Positions 20,376-27,467 of a stretch of 59,782 nt of DNA are shown one piece after another. The stretch lies in assembly GCA_046155425.1 (NCBI GenBank), contig JBJXFM010000485.1:1-59782 (forward strand), given 5' to 3'. The translations under genes were made by a program, and so were the position numbers. Position 1 is the stretch's first letter; each line of letters opens with the position of its first letter. The notes beneath the pieces are model-generated. The model did no database searches and was not told where the DNA came from. It saw only the letters and a program-made list of their open reading frames with translations. The DNA comes from Blastocatellia bacterium (GTDB lineage Bacteria; Acidobacteriota; Blastocatellia; RBC074).

Positions 20376-20404
20376 TTGACAATCAGCGTACCGAGGCATA
20401 TGTT
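20376..20404 (+). promoter_or_regulatory. candidate sigma70-type promoter upstream of the orphan cluster
   Basis: TTGACA (20376-20381), a 17-nt spacer, then TATGTT (20399-20404), in an AT-richer intergenic stretch ~185 nt upstream of the ATG at 20589. Pattern match only. Confidence 0.25.
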
Positions 20405-20588
20405 CAGCGCATAAACAATTTGAATCACAATTGGATATTGGGGTTTGCGGATTTTCCGGCTCGCCGGCGCGTTTGACGGGCGCCATCGGGGAACAGGCGT
20501 GAATCGGACATGACCAGCGGATGGCGTTTCCGTAAAAGCAGGCGGGCTGTCATCGAAACTGATTTCTGTACTGCAGGAAAGGCGTTTC

Positions 20589-21113
20589 ATGGCGGATATC
20601 GACATTCATTATGACCCACTGGCCGTTAACGTTAACCCGAGCACGGTGGCGCTGACGGGGCTGAATGATATACAGAGCCGGATTACGCTCGAGACACCGC
20701 AACCGGTGCGCGCCGACACGCGCACGGAGCTGGTCCTGCCACAGCCGTTCAGAACGGAAATAAATGTTCCCGATCCGATTCGCACGGAAAGCACGGCGGC
20801 GCTGGATATCAGACCACTGGCGCTGGATCAGTGTCTCAACCTGCGTTTCGCGCCATTGCCGGCGACCTGTGTCCGCCTGCCGTATCAGCAGCATGTCGGG
20901 TTGACGTGGTTTGGCGTGGAAATCCTCGGCCTGACATTGCGCGGCGAGGCGCAGACCATCGTCGAGCCGTTGCCCGACAAACCAAAGGTTGTCTGGGGCG
21001 CCACGGAATCAGCAATACGGCCTGGCGATGGCGCGACGCATGACGCCATACATGGAGAAGGCTGCGGAAATCCGCCTTCTTCACAGGGCGCGCTGCGCAT
21101 ACGGCTGGGATAA
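20589..21113 (+). CDS. orphan cytoplasmic protein A with PxP-h-R-T-E repeats
   Basis: 174 aa. The ATG is preceded by AGGAAAGG. No signal peptide or TM. Contains PQPVRADTRTE / PQPFRTE / PDPIRTE repeats (nt 20697-20789). No family recognised. Confidence 0.7.
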   Translation: MADIDIHYDPLAVNVNPSTVALTGLNDIQSRITLETPQPVRADTRTELVLPQPFRTEINVPDPIRTESTAALDIRPLALDQCLNLRFAPLPATCVRLPYQQHVGLTWFGVEILGLTLRGEAQTIVEPLPDKPKVVWGATESAIRPGDGATHDAIHGEGCGNPPSSQGALRIRLG

Positions 21114-21146
21114 GGCGCGGCCGTCCGTGAAACACGGGAGGAGTCC

Positions 21147-21968
21147 ATGAGCACAACGGAGAAAAAATCCAGACCTGCCATACAGCATGTTCACATTCAT
21201 GGTCCCGGGGGCGATGGAGCCATTGTTCTGGCTGGCGACCCGGCGTCCATCACGGGTGTCGTGCGCCTGCACAACCGCGGACCCGAGAAAATCATCGTGC
21301 GTGAGGCCTGGTTGCTGAACCTGAAGTTGCATCTGTCGCAACCCGAGGGGGGCACGGCGCCGGCTTGTCCGGTTTCGTTTTCGGGCATGACAGTTGATCC
21401 GGGCGCCGCGCAGACGGTGTCGCTGCGGCTGGATCTTGACCGGCGGACGCCGCCGGGCGAATACCAGGGTGAACTGCACATGGCCGGGCTGCAAACCCCG
21501 GCGCGTCTTTATGTCATGCCCTCCGTCCGCGCGCGTGTTTCTCCACGCCCCTGTGTCATCGACCGGCGCGCTGGCGCCAGCGTCACGGCACACCTGGCCA
21601 TCGCCAACGAAGGGAATGTGCCGCTATATCTGAGCGAAATCGGGCAGGTTCCGCTGTTCGAGGACCTGCTGTTGCGGCGCAGCGTGGCGTCCATTCTGTC
21701 CGGTGACACGCCCGCGCTGCTGGAAAACCTCGCGCCGAAAGCGGCGGATGATGGCGGCGCCGGCGGGGCTGTCAGCCCGCAAAAGGGCACGCTGCTGATT
21801 CGCAACGAGGCGTTGACGCTCGCCCCCGGCGAAACGCGCCGCGTGGAAATAGAGGTACGGTTGCCGGATCATCTGCAACCAAATACGCGGTATCTGGCGC
21901 GCTTCCCGCTGTACACCACCGAGATTGAATTCGTTATTGTCCCGTCGGGTAACCCGGCGCCGGATTGA
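21147..21968 (+). CDS. orphan cytoplasmic protein B with two beta-sandwich (Ig/CARDB-like) modules
   Basis: 273 aa with a strong SD (GGGAGGAG) 4 nt upstream. Two modules with alternating-hydrophobic strand patterns: ITGVVRLHNRGPEKIIV...MTVDPGAAQTVSLRLDL and VTAHLAIANEGNVPLYL...LTLAPGETRRVEIEVRLP. No signal peptide. Confidence 0.75.
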   Translation: MSTTEKKSRPAIQHVHIHGPGGDGAIVLAGDPASITGVVRLHNRGPEKIIVREAWLLNLKLHLSQPEGGTAPACPVSFSGMTVDPGAAQTVSLRLDLDRRTPPGEYQGELHMAGLQTPARLYVMPSVRARVSPRPCVIDRRAGASVTAHLAIANEGNVPLYLSEIGQVPLFEDLLLRRSVASILSGDTPALLENLAPKAADDGGAGGAVSPQKGTLLIRNEALTLAPGETRRVEIEVRLPDHLQPNTRYLARFPLYTTEIEFVIVPSGNPAPD

Positions 21969-22021
21969 CCCGGACGTTCGCGGGTATCAAAACAAAGTTC
22001 GCATTACTGGAGGAACAAAGC

Positions 22022-22753
22022 ATGCAGAACACGATGTCACATGTGATGGGCGGGGATGCGCGGCGGATGTTTCCGGACAGGAGCGCGGCTGTTCAGCCAC
22101 GCGCCTGCGACGCCTGCGGGCGCGCCCTTGCTCCCGCAGGCGCGGACTGGATGGGGCAATGGTACGACGCGATGTATCGCGGCGCGGCCCCGCTGGCCGG
22201 CCAGATGATGACGGAGGTGATGCGGACATGGGATCGCATGGCGCGGGGCATGTTCGATTCGCTGACACCGCCGCCCATGCCCGGCGCGCATGTCGCGAAT
22301 TGCGGTTGCGCGCGTTGCCGCCCGGACGATTGCCACTGCCGTTGTTGCGTCGTCAACGCCGATCTGCTGGTCAACGCGCGTGTCGGGGAACGCCGCGTGG
22401 TTCCGCTGGTCATCGAAAACAACATGCGGCGCGAACGCGAAGTTTCCCTGGAACTCAGTTCGTGGACAAACCGCGATGATAAGGGAATCCAGGTCGCCGG
22501 GCTGATCGAGGGACCAACGAAATTCACGCTGAAGGCCTGCGAAGAGCGCGTCGTCACGCTCATCGTCAATGTCAGCGGTGCGCCAACGCCGGGGGCGAAC
22601 GAAAACAGAATGCAGGACGTGACGGAATGCCAGGTCGTGTACGCCGATCTGCGTGTCGTTGGCTGTGACATACGGCCCATCCGCATTGCCGTCAGCGTGT
22701 TGCCACGCGATTGCGGCCCCACGCGCATCGATTGCCGCTGCGGGTGTTGCTGA
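22022..22753 (+). CDS. orphan protein C: Met-rich N-terminus, Cys knot, one beta-sandwich module, CRCGCC terminus
   Basis: The start is moved to the ATG at 22022 (GGAGGA 7 nt upstream). An in-frame TTG at 21965 that overlaps the B stop is an alternative. 243 aa. By my count, 12 Met in the first 90 residues. NCGCARCRPDDCHCRCC at nt 22301-22348. 17 Cys in total. The protein ends ...DCGPTRIDCRCGCC. Confidence 0.75.
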   Translation: MQNTMSHVMGGDARRMFPDRSAAVQPRACDACGRALAPAGADWMGQWYDAMYRGAAPLAGQMMTEVMRTWDRMARGMFDSLTPPPMPGAHVANCGCARCRPDDCHCRCCVVNADLLVNARVGERRVVPLVIENNMRREREVSLELSSWTNRDDKGIQVAGLIEGPTKFTLKACEERVVTLIVNVSGAPTPGANENRMQDVTECQVVYADLRVVGCDIRPIRIAVSVLPRDCGPTRIDCRCGCC

Positions 22754-22806
22754 CAGTTCCGGAAACGCGTGTGACCGGACAAGAGGGGCCGAATGGGGAA
22801 AAAGCC

Positions 22807-23622
22807 ATGGCGAATGAATTACAGAATCTGAGCGACTGGATGCAGGGACTGCTGTCACGTTCGGTCGAGGAACAGTTGCGCGCCTCGCAGCGTTATTTCG
22901 AGGTCATGCAACGCGCCGGGCGCGGCGAGTTGTTGACGCGGCCGGCCGGGGAAAATTACTGGCGTTTCGTGCAGGAAGAAGGAACGCGGTTCGCGCGCGA
23001 CTGGACGACACTGACAGTGAATTATTACAACGGGCTGGCCGAACTGGGCCGCGCGTGGAATGACACATATTTCGAACAGGTGCTGGGCATGCGTGTGACC
23101 GAGGGCGCCATGGCCACGGCCGGCGTGGCGCACGAGGGGCCGCATGCCGCGCCGGCGCCGGTTGCTCCACGGCGCGTCGAACTGGAAATGCGCGCGGCCA
23201 GCGGGACTGAGGCGACCGCTGCGTTTGCGCTGGAAAACAGACAGAACGAGGCGCTGCGGATTTCGTTTCTCGTGTCGGATTTTGTCAGCGCCGACGGGAC
23301 AAGTTCACTGCGCCCGCCGCTGCAAATAGAGCCCTCCCGCTTCACGCTGCCCGCCGGGATGGAACAGGCCGTCACCCTGCGCCTGCCCGTGACCGCCGAA
23401 TTCCTGCCGGGCCAGCCATACAGCGCGACGATTGTCGTCCAGGGATATGACCATCTCGAACTGATCGTGCATCTGCTGGCGGAACCATCCCCCGTGATCG
23501 AAGCGCAGAACATGGCGGCGCATAAAGCCGCGCCAAAGCGCGCGAAAGCAAAACCGGCCGGCGCGCCGGCGCGCGGCAAATCTCCTGAAACGGCCGGCAG
23601 ACGTTCAGGCAGCCGCCGCTGA
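22807..23622 (+). CDS. orphan protein D: helical phasin-like N-terminus, one beta-sandwich module, Lys/Arg/Ala/Pro tail
   Basis: The start is set at the ATG at 22807 (MANELQNLSDWMQGLL...). The module contains ATAAFALENRQNEALRISFL...FTLPAGMEQAVTLRLPV...YSATIVVQG. The tail is HKAAPKRAKAKPAGAPARGKSPETAGRRSGSRR. Confidence 0.75.
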   Translation: MANELQNLSDWMQGLLSRSVEEQLRASQRYFEVMQRAGRGELLTRPAGENYWRFVQEEGTRFARDWTTLTVNYYNGLAELGRAWNDTYFEQVLGMRVTEGAMATAGVAHEGPHAAPAPVAPRRVELEMRAASGTEATAAFALENRQNEALRISFLVSDFVSADGTSSLRPPLQIEPSRFTLPAGMEQAVTLRLPVTAEFLPGQPYSATIVVQGYDHLELIVHLLAEPSPVIEAQNMAAHKAAPKRAKAKPAGAPARGKSPETAGRRSGSRR

Positions 23623-23682
23623 CAACGCCGCCGCTGACAACTTTGACTCTTCACCCGGCAGGCGATCACACCACCTCCACGA

Positions 23683-26190
23683 ATGGACCGAAAGAGCAGC
23701 AAACGTCGTAATGACACGAAAACGGCGGCGGCCACGCCCGCGCCGCCACGCGCCCGTGGAAAGAAAGCCTCCAAAGACACGGACCCGGCGTTCCTAGCTC
23801 CTGCGGCGCTCGCGAATCCGCCGCGAAAACGCGCACGGGCAGGCGCGCCGCCATCATCCGCACAGCCGTCATCCGCCCGCGCCGAAACGTCGCATGCCGA
23901 AACGCCCCTTCCGCCCAAAACCCGCGTCGCCATTGCCGATGCGCCAGGGCAGGACAAATTCGCATTGCTGGAATCCGCGTTGCGGCAGGCGGGGTTCCGG
24001 GAACATCTGGCGGCGGCCTGCCAGCGCGGACCGGGTTCCCCGGACGCCATGCGCATCCTCATCAAACCGGACTTCAGTGTCTTTGAGGCGCACGGCGCCA
24101 CGGGCACGGACCCGGCGCTGGTCGAACATCTCATCGACCTGCTGCACGCATGGGGTTACACCAACGCACAGGTTTGCGAGGGGCCGAACAGTTTCGATCT
24201 GTGGCTGGAAAACCGCGATGTCCTCGTCCTCGCCGAAATGATCGGATACCGCTTTGTTACGCCGGCAGGCAATTCATATGACGTCCTGGATCTCAGTGAA
24301 GATGTCATCCCATTGGACTTTCCGGCCGGCAGCGCCCTGCACGGCGCCGGGCTGGCGCGCGTATGGGTCGAGGCCGATTACCGCATTTGCTTTGCGCGGA
24401 ACAAGACGGACGAGGAAGAGTTTTACGCACTCGGCCTGCACAACCTGGCGGGCGCGTTGCCGTTGCGGGACAAGGATTACCATTACCGGCATCGCCTTGA
24501 TCCGCGCGATGTCGCGTCTGAATTGCTGCGGCGGACGCCGGCGCATTTCAGCGTGATTGACGCCTCGGTCAGCAACCATGGCGGCGCCGGCGCGCGCGTT
24601 TCCCATCCGCTGGCGACCGCGACCATGATTGCCAGTTCCGACCTCCTGCTCGCGGACTGGGCGGCCGCGCGGAAAATGGGGCTGGATCCGTATGTCTCGC
24701 GGCGCAACGCGGCGGCGTTGCGGGAAATCGGCCTGCCGGTGGCCTATGAAGTCGCCGGCTCGCTGGCGCCGTATCCCGGCTGGATCAACGTGCATCCGCT
24801 GATGGCCGATTCCGTGCGGCGGCGCAATCGTTCGCTGACCGTGATGCGCCTGCTGGCGCCATGGCTGCAAACGGCCGATCCGGCGCTGTTCCCGTTCCGC
24901 GATGTCCTCAATGAGCGGCTCAACAACCTGCTGGCGCGCAATCTGTCACGCCCGGACGAACAGCCGGGAACATTCTGGGCCACGGTCGCGCTCAACTATG
25001 CCCTGGGCGCGGCGCACGACGGCGTGACGACATACCAGACGCTGTTCGACAAGGATCGCCTGCGCTGGCGCGAGGCGCCGCTCAATATCGACCTGCTCGA
25101 ACATCGCCTGACGGAATACGAGGCGATTGTCGACTATCTGGCGCCGCTCGCAAACCTGGTGGCGGACGCGCCGGCGGATCGCGAGGGACTGCGCTGGTGT
25201 GATTACGGCAAATCCGTGCTGTTCAGCTTTTCCCGCGTGATTCCCGCGCCGTATGACGATTTTGTCGCGCGTGTCGCGATCACCGAGGCCATTCAGCTGA
25301 TGAACGATTACATCGGCGGCGTCGCGGTTCCGGTCGCGCACGACGCCGATGGGCGCGTCACGCATCAGGCCGAACGCAATCTGTATCTGCCGCAACCGAA
25401 TTACCTGGCGCTGTATCAGGGAGAAATCATTGATGTGACGAAGCTCGAATACATCGTGTATGAAGCCGGCGCGCGGCGCATTTACTGGCGCACGGTGAAA
25501 AGCGCCAACGCCTCGGCGGAATACGACGACGGCATGGTGACATTCGCCCGGACGGAAGCGGGCGAAACACTGGTGACAATCATGGGGCGGCAATTGTTCA
25601 CCCTGCCGGTGTTCTGGAAAATCGTCAATCTCGAACTGAATCCCATGCTCAGGGAATATCTGGTGGCCAATGCATACAGCGATTTTTTCACGCGGACGCT
25701 GAACAATTTCGAGGCGAAATACGAGGGCCGCGAAATCCGCATCGGCCGCGCGTGGAATCACGAACAGGGCGAACCCGGAGCCGCGGCGAACGAACGCATG
25801 CCAGCCGAAGTGGTGGCGGAGCTGCTGGGCCGCGCCGGCGCGGCGGTCAATCGCAACTGGGACACGATCGCGCGCTTTCTGCCGCGTAAATATCAAACAG
25901 AGAAGTCGGCACAGGGGCCAGCACAGGGGCCAGGGCCCGATGCGGGCGCGGGACACGGGGCTGTAAATGGCGTTGCGCGGGGCGTAGTCGATGAAGACGG
26001 CTTCACACACGTACGCCCGCCGTCGGGCGATGCGTTTGTCACGAACGGGGTGGAGGATTCCGCCGCGACGGAAACAGAAGACGATCTGCGGCGTCTTTTC
26101 AATCGCGCCAAAAGCGGTTCGCGGACATTTTTCAAAGACCTGACAGCGGCCGTCAAAAAGGATCTGGGCCGGCCGGGGAAACAGGACTGA
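23683..26190 (+). CDS. basic disordered N-terminus + DUF362 domain + unassigned ~350-aa C-terminal region
   Basis: 835-aa ORF. The first ~110 residues are Lys/Arg/Pro/Ala-rich. DUF362-like pattern: MRILIKPDF...TDPALVEHLIDLL...ADYRICFARNKTDEE...FSVIDASVSNHGG...MIASSDLLLADWAAARKMGLDP. The C-terminus LRRLFNRAKSGSRTFFKDLTAAVKKDL looks amphipathic. There is no obvious SD, so the start is uncertain. Confidence 0.7.
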   Translation: MDRKSSKRRNDTKTAAATPAPPRARGKKASKDTDPAFLAPAALANPPRKRARAGAPPSSAQPSSARAETSHAETPLPPKTRVAIADAPGQDKFALLESALRQAGFREHLAAACQRGPGSPDAMRILIKPDFSVFEAHGATGTDPALVEHLIDLLHAWGYTNAQVCEGPNSFDLWLENRDVLVLAEMIGYRFVTPAGNSYDVLDLSEDVIPLDFPAGSALHGAGLARVWVEADYRICFARNKTDEEEFYALGLHNLAGALPLRDKDYHYRHRLDPRDVASELLRRTPAHFSVIDASVSNHGGAGARVSHPLATATMIASSDLLLADWAAARKMGLDPYVSRRNAAALREIGLPVAYEVAGSLAPYPGWINVHPLMADSVRRRNRSLTVMRLLAPWLQTADPALFPFRDVLNERLNNLLARNLSRPDEQPGTFWATVALNYALGAAHDGVTTYQTLFDKDRLRWREAPLNIDLLEHRLTEYEAIVDYLAPLANLVADAPADREGLRWCDYGKSVLFSFSRVIPAPYDDFVARVAITEAIQLMNDYIGGVAVPVAHDADGRVTHQAERNLYLPQPNYLALYQGEIIDVTKLEYIVYEAGARRIYWRTVKSANASAEYDDGMVTFARTEAGETLVTIMGRQLFTLPVFWKIVNLELNPMLREYLVANAYSDFFTRTLNNFEAKYEGREIRIGRAWNHEQGEPGAAANERMPAEVVAELLGRAGAAVNRNWDTIARFLPRKYQTEKSAQGPAQGPGPDAGAGHGAVNGVARGVVDEDGFTHVRPPSGDAFVTNGVEDSAATETEDDLRRLFNRAKSGSRTFFKDLTAAVKKDLGRPGKQD

Positions 26191-26243
26191 ACGACAGGGC
26201 GAGGACGCGTGTGAGCGGAAACGATTCTTTCCATGGAGCAGGC

Positions 26244-27335
26244 GTGAAAGTACTGGTCACCGGCGCGAGCGGGCTGATCGGCGCGAGTCTCGTGCGGGAA
26301 CTGCTGACGGCGGGATGCCACGTGCGCGCGCTGGTCCGCCCGACCAGCGATCCGCGCGCCCTGGCGGGCCTGCCGGTCGAGATTGTCCATGGTGACATCC
26401 TCTCGCCGGACAGCCTTGCCGCGGCGGCGGCGGATTGCGAACTGTTGTTTCATACGGCGGCGATTTTTGCCTATCAGGGGCATACGGACAGGCAACTCGA
26501 AAGCGTCGCGGTGGATGGAACGATCAACGCGCTGGAAGCGGCGCGGCGCGCGGGTGTGCGGCGTGTCACGCTGACATCGTCAAGCGTGACCCTCGGATCC
26601 GCCGCCACGCGGACGATCCGGGATGAAAACGATACGCTGACCGGCGCGCCGGATTCCGCCTACGCCGCTGCCAAGGTCCGGCAGGAACAGGCGGCGTTCG
26701 CCCGCGCGGCGGAGCTGGGGCTCGATCTCGTGGTTGTCTGTCCGACGATCACCGTGGGGCCGCACGATTTCCGCCTGAGTCCGAGCAACGGGGCGATCAT
26801 GACGTATCTGGCCGATCCTTTCCGCATCACCTTTCCGGGCGGTTGCAATGTCGTCGCGGCGCGGGATGTGGCGCGCGGGCATCTGCTGGCGGCGGCAAGG
26901 GGAGAGACAGGACAGCGTTATGTCCTTGGCGGCGAGAACCTGGAATGGATCGACATCCATCGCCTGATCGCGCGGCTGTGCGGCGTGCCGGGACCGCTGT
27001 CCTTTACGAACCATACCGGGGCTTATCTGACGGCGGCGGCGCACGAACTGGTGTCGTGGCTGGGGCGCAGGCCGCCAACGACCACGCGGACACAGGCGCG
27101 CATGGTGGGACGTTATTACTGGTACCGGCACGAACGCGCGGCCGCGCTGGGATATGCGCCGGCGCCCGCCCGGGAAGCGCTGGCCACGGCCGTCGCCTGG
27201 CTGGCGGCCAGCCCGCATGTTTCACGCGCGCTCCGCGCCACGCTGCGTCTGTCGCGCGAGGTGTATGACGCGCGGCGAAAGATGGAGCAGGCCGAGGCCG
27301 CGTTGCGTGGAAGGCCGGTAGCCGGTGGACGGTAG
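26244..27335 (+). CDS. NAD(P)-dependent epimerase/dehydratase-family SDR (dihydroflavonol-reductase / HpnA-like)
   Basis: (M)KVLVTGASGLIGASLVRELL Rossmann motif and YAAAK catalytic motif. I prefer the GTG at 26244 (GGAG 6 nt upstream) over the track start at 26211. Confidence 0.8.
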   Translation: MKVLVTGASGLIGASLVRELLTAGCHVRALVRPTSDPRALAGLPVEIVHGDILSPDSLAAAAADCELLFHTAAIFAYQGHTDRQLESVAVDGTINALEAARRAGVRRVTLTSSSVTLGSAATRTIRDENDTLTGAPDSAYAAAKVRQEQAAFARAAELGLDLVVVCPTITVGPHDFRLSPSNGAIMTYLADPFRITFPGGCNVVAARDVARGHLLAAARGETGQRYVLGGENLEWIDIHRLIARLCGVPGPLSFTNHTGAYLTAAAHELVSWLGRRPPTTTRTQARMVGRYYWYRHERAAALGYAPAPAREALATAVAWLAASPHVSRALRATLRLSREVYDARRKMEQAEAALRGRPVAGGR

Positions 27336-27438
27336 CTCTGAACCAGGTTCATGGCGAGCTCCCAGCCTTGTCTTTATTAGGGATTGTGAATCGGAGCATC
27401 GAACATCAATCAGAAACTACCGTCTACCGTCTACCGTC
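27313..27438. repeat. inverted pair of 7-nt x3 tandem arrays spanning the SDR stop codon and the next gene's leader
   Basis: ccggtag ccggtgg acggtag (27315-27335, including the TAG stop) against ctaccgt x3 (27417-27437), which are reverse complements apart from 3 positions. The spacer is 81 nt. Confidence 0.6.
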
Positions 27439-27467
27439 TTCTGTGAAATTTGAAATAAGAGGATCGC

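Noticed and set aside
22301-22348. Possible CX4CH variant haem-binding motif (CRPDDCH) in protein C
   Set aside because: c-type haem attachment needs export, and protein C has no signal peptide. The motif sits inside a 7-Cys cluster, which is more consistent with metal-thiolate or Fe-S chemistry. It is a single degenerate match.
22037-22858. 273-aa and 229-aa minus-strand ORFs antisense to gene C
   Set aside because: No SD and Arg/Ala-rich composition. The plus-strand frame has a strong SD and a module paralogous to those in B and D.
23025-26495. Long minus-strand ORFs (23025-24134, 24274-24870, 24946-26010, 25893-26495) antisense to genes D and E
   Set aside because: The plus strand encodes a DUF362-pattern protein and a module paralogue. 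The antisense translations are R/A/G/C-rich without motifs. This is the usual high-GC artefact.
20589-27335. Idea that the orphan cluster is a prophage remnant, defence island or secreted S-layer/adhesin locus
   Set aside because: There is no integrase, recombinase, nuclease, ATPase or phage structural signature, and no flanking tRNA or direct repeats. By eye the GC content is like the flanks. None of the proteins has a Sec or Tat signal. The only scar nearby is the ligase remnant at 20001-20105.
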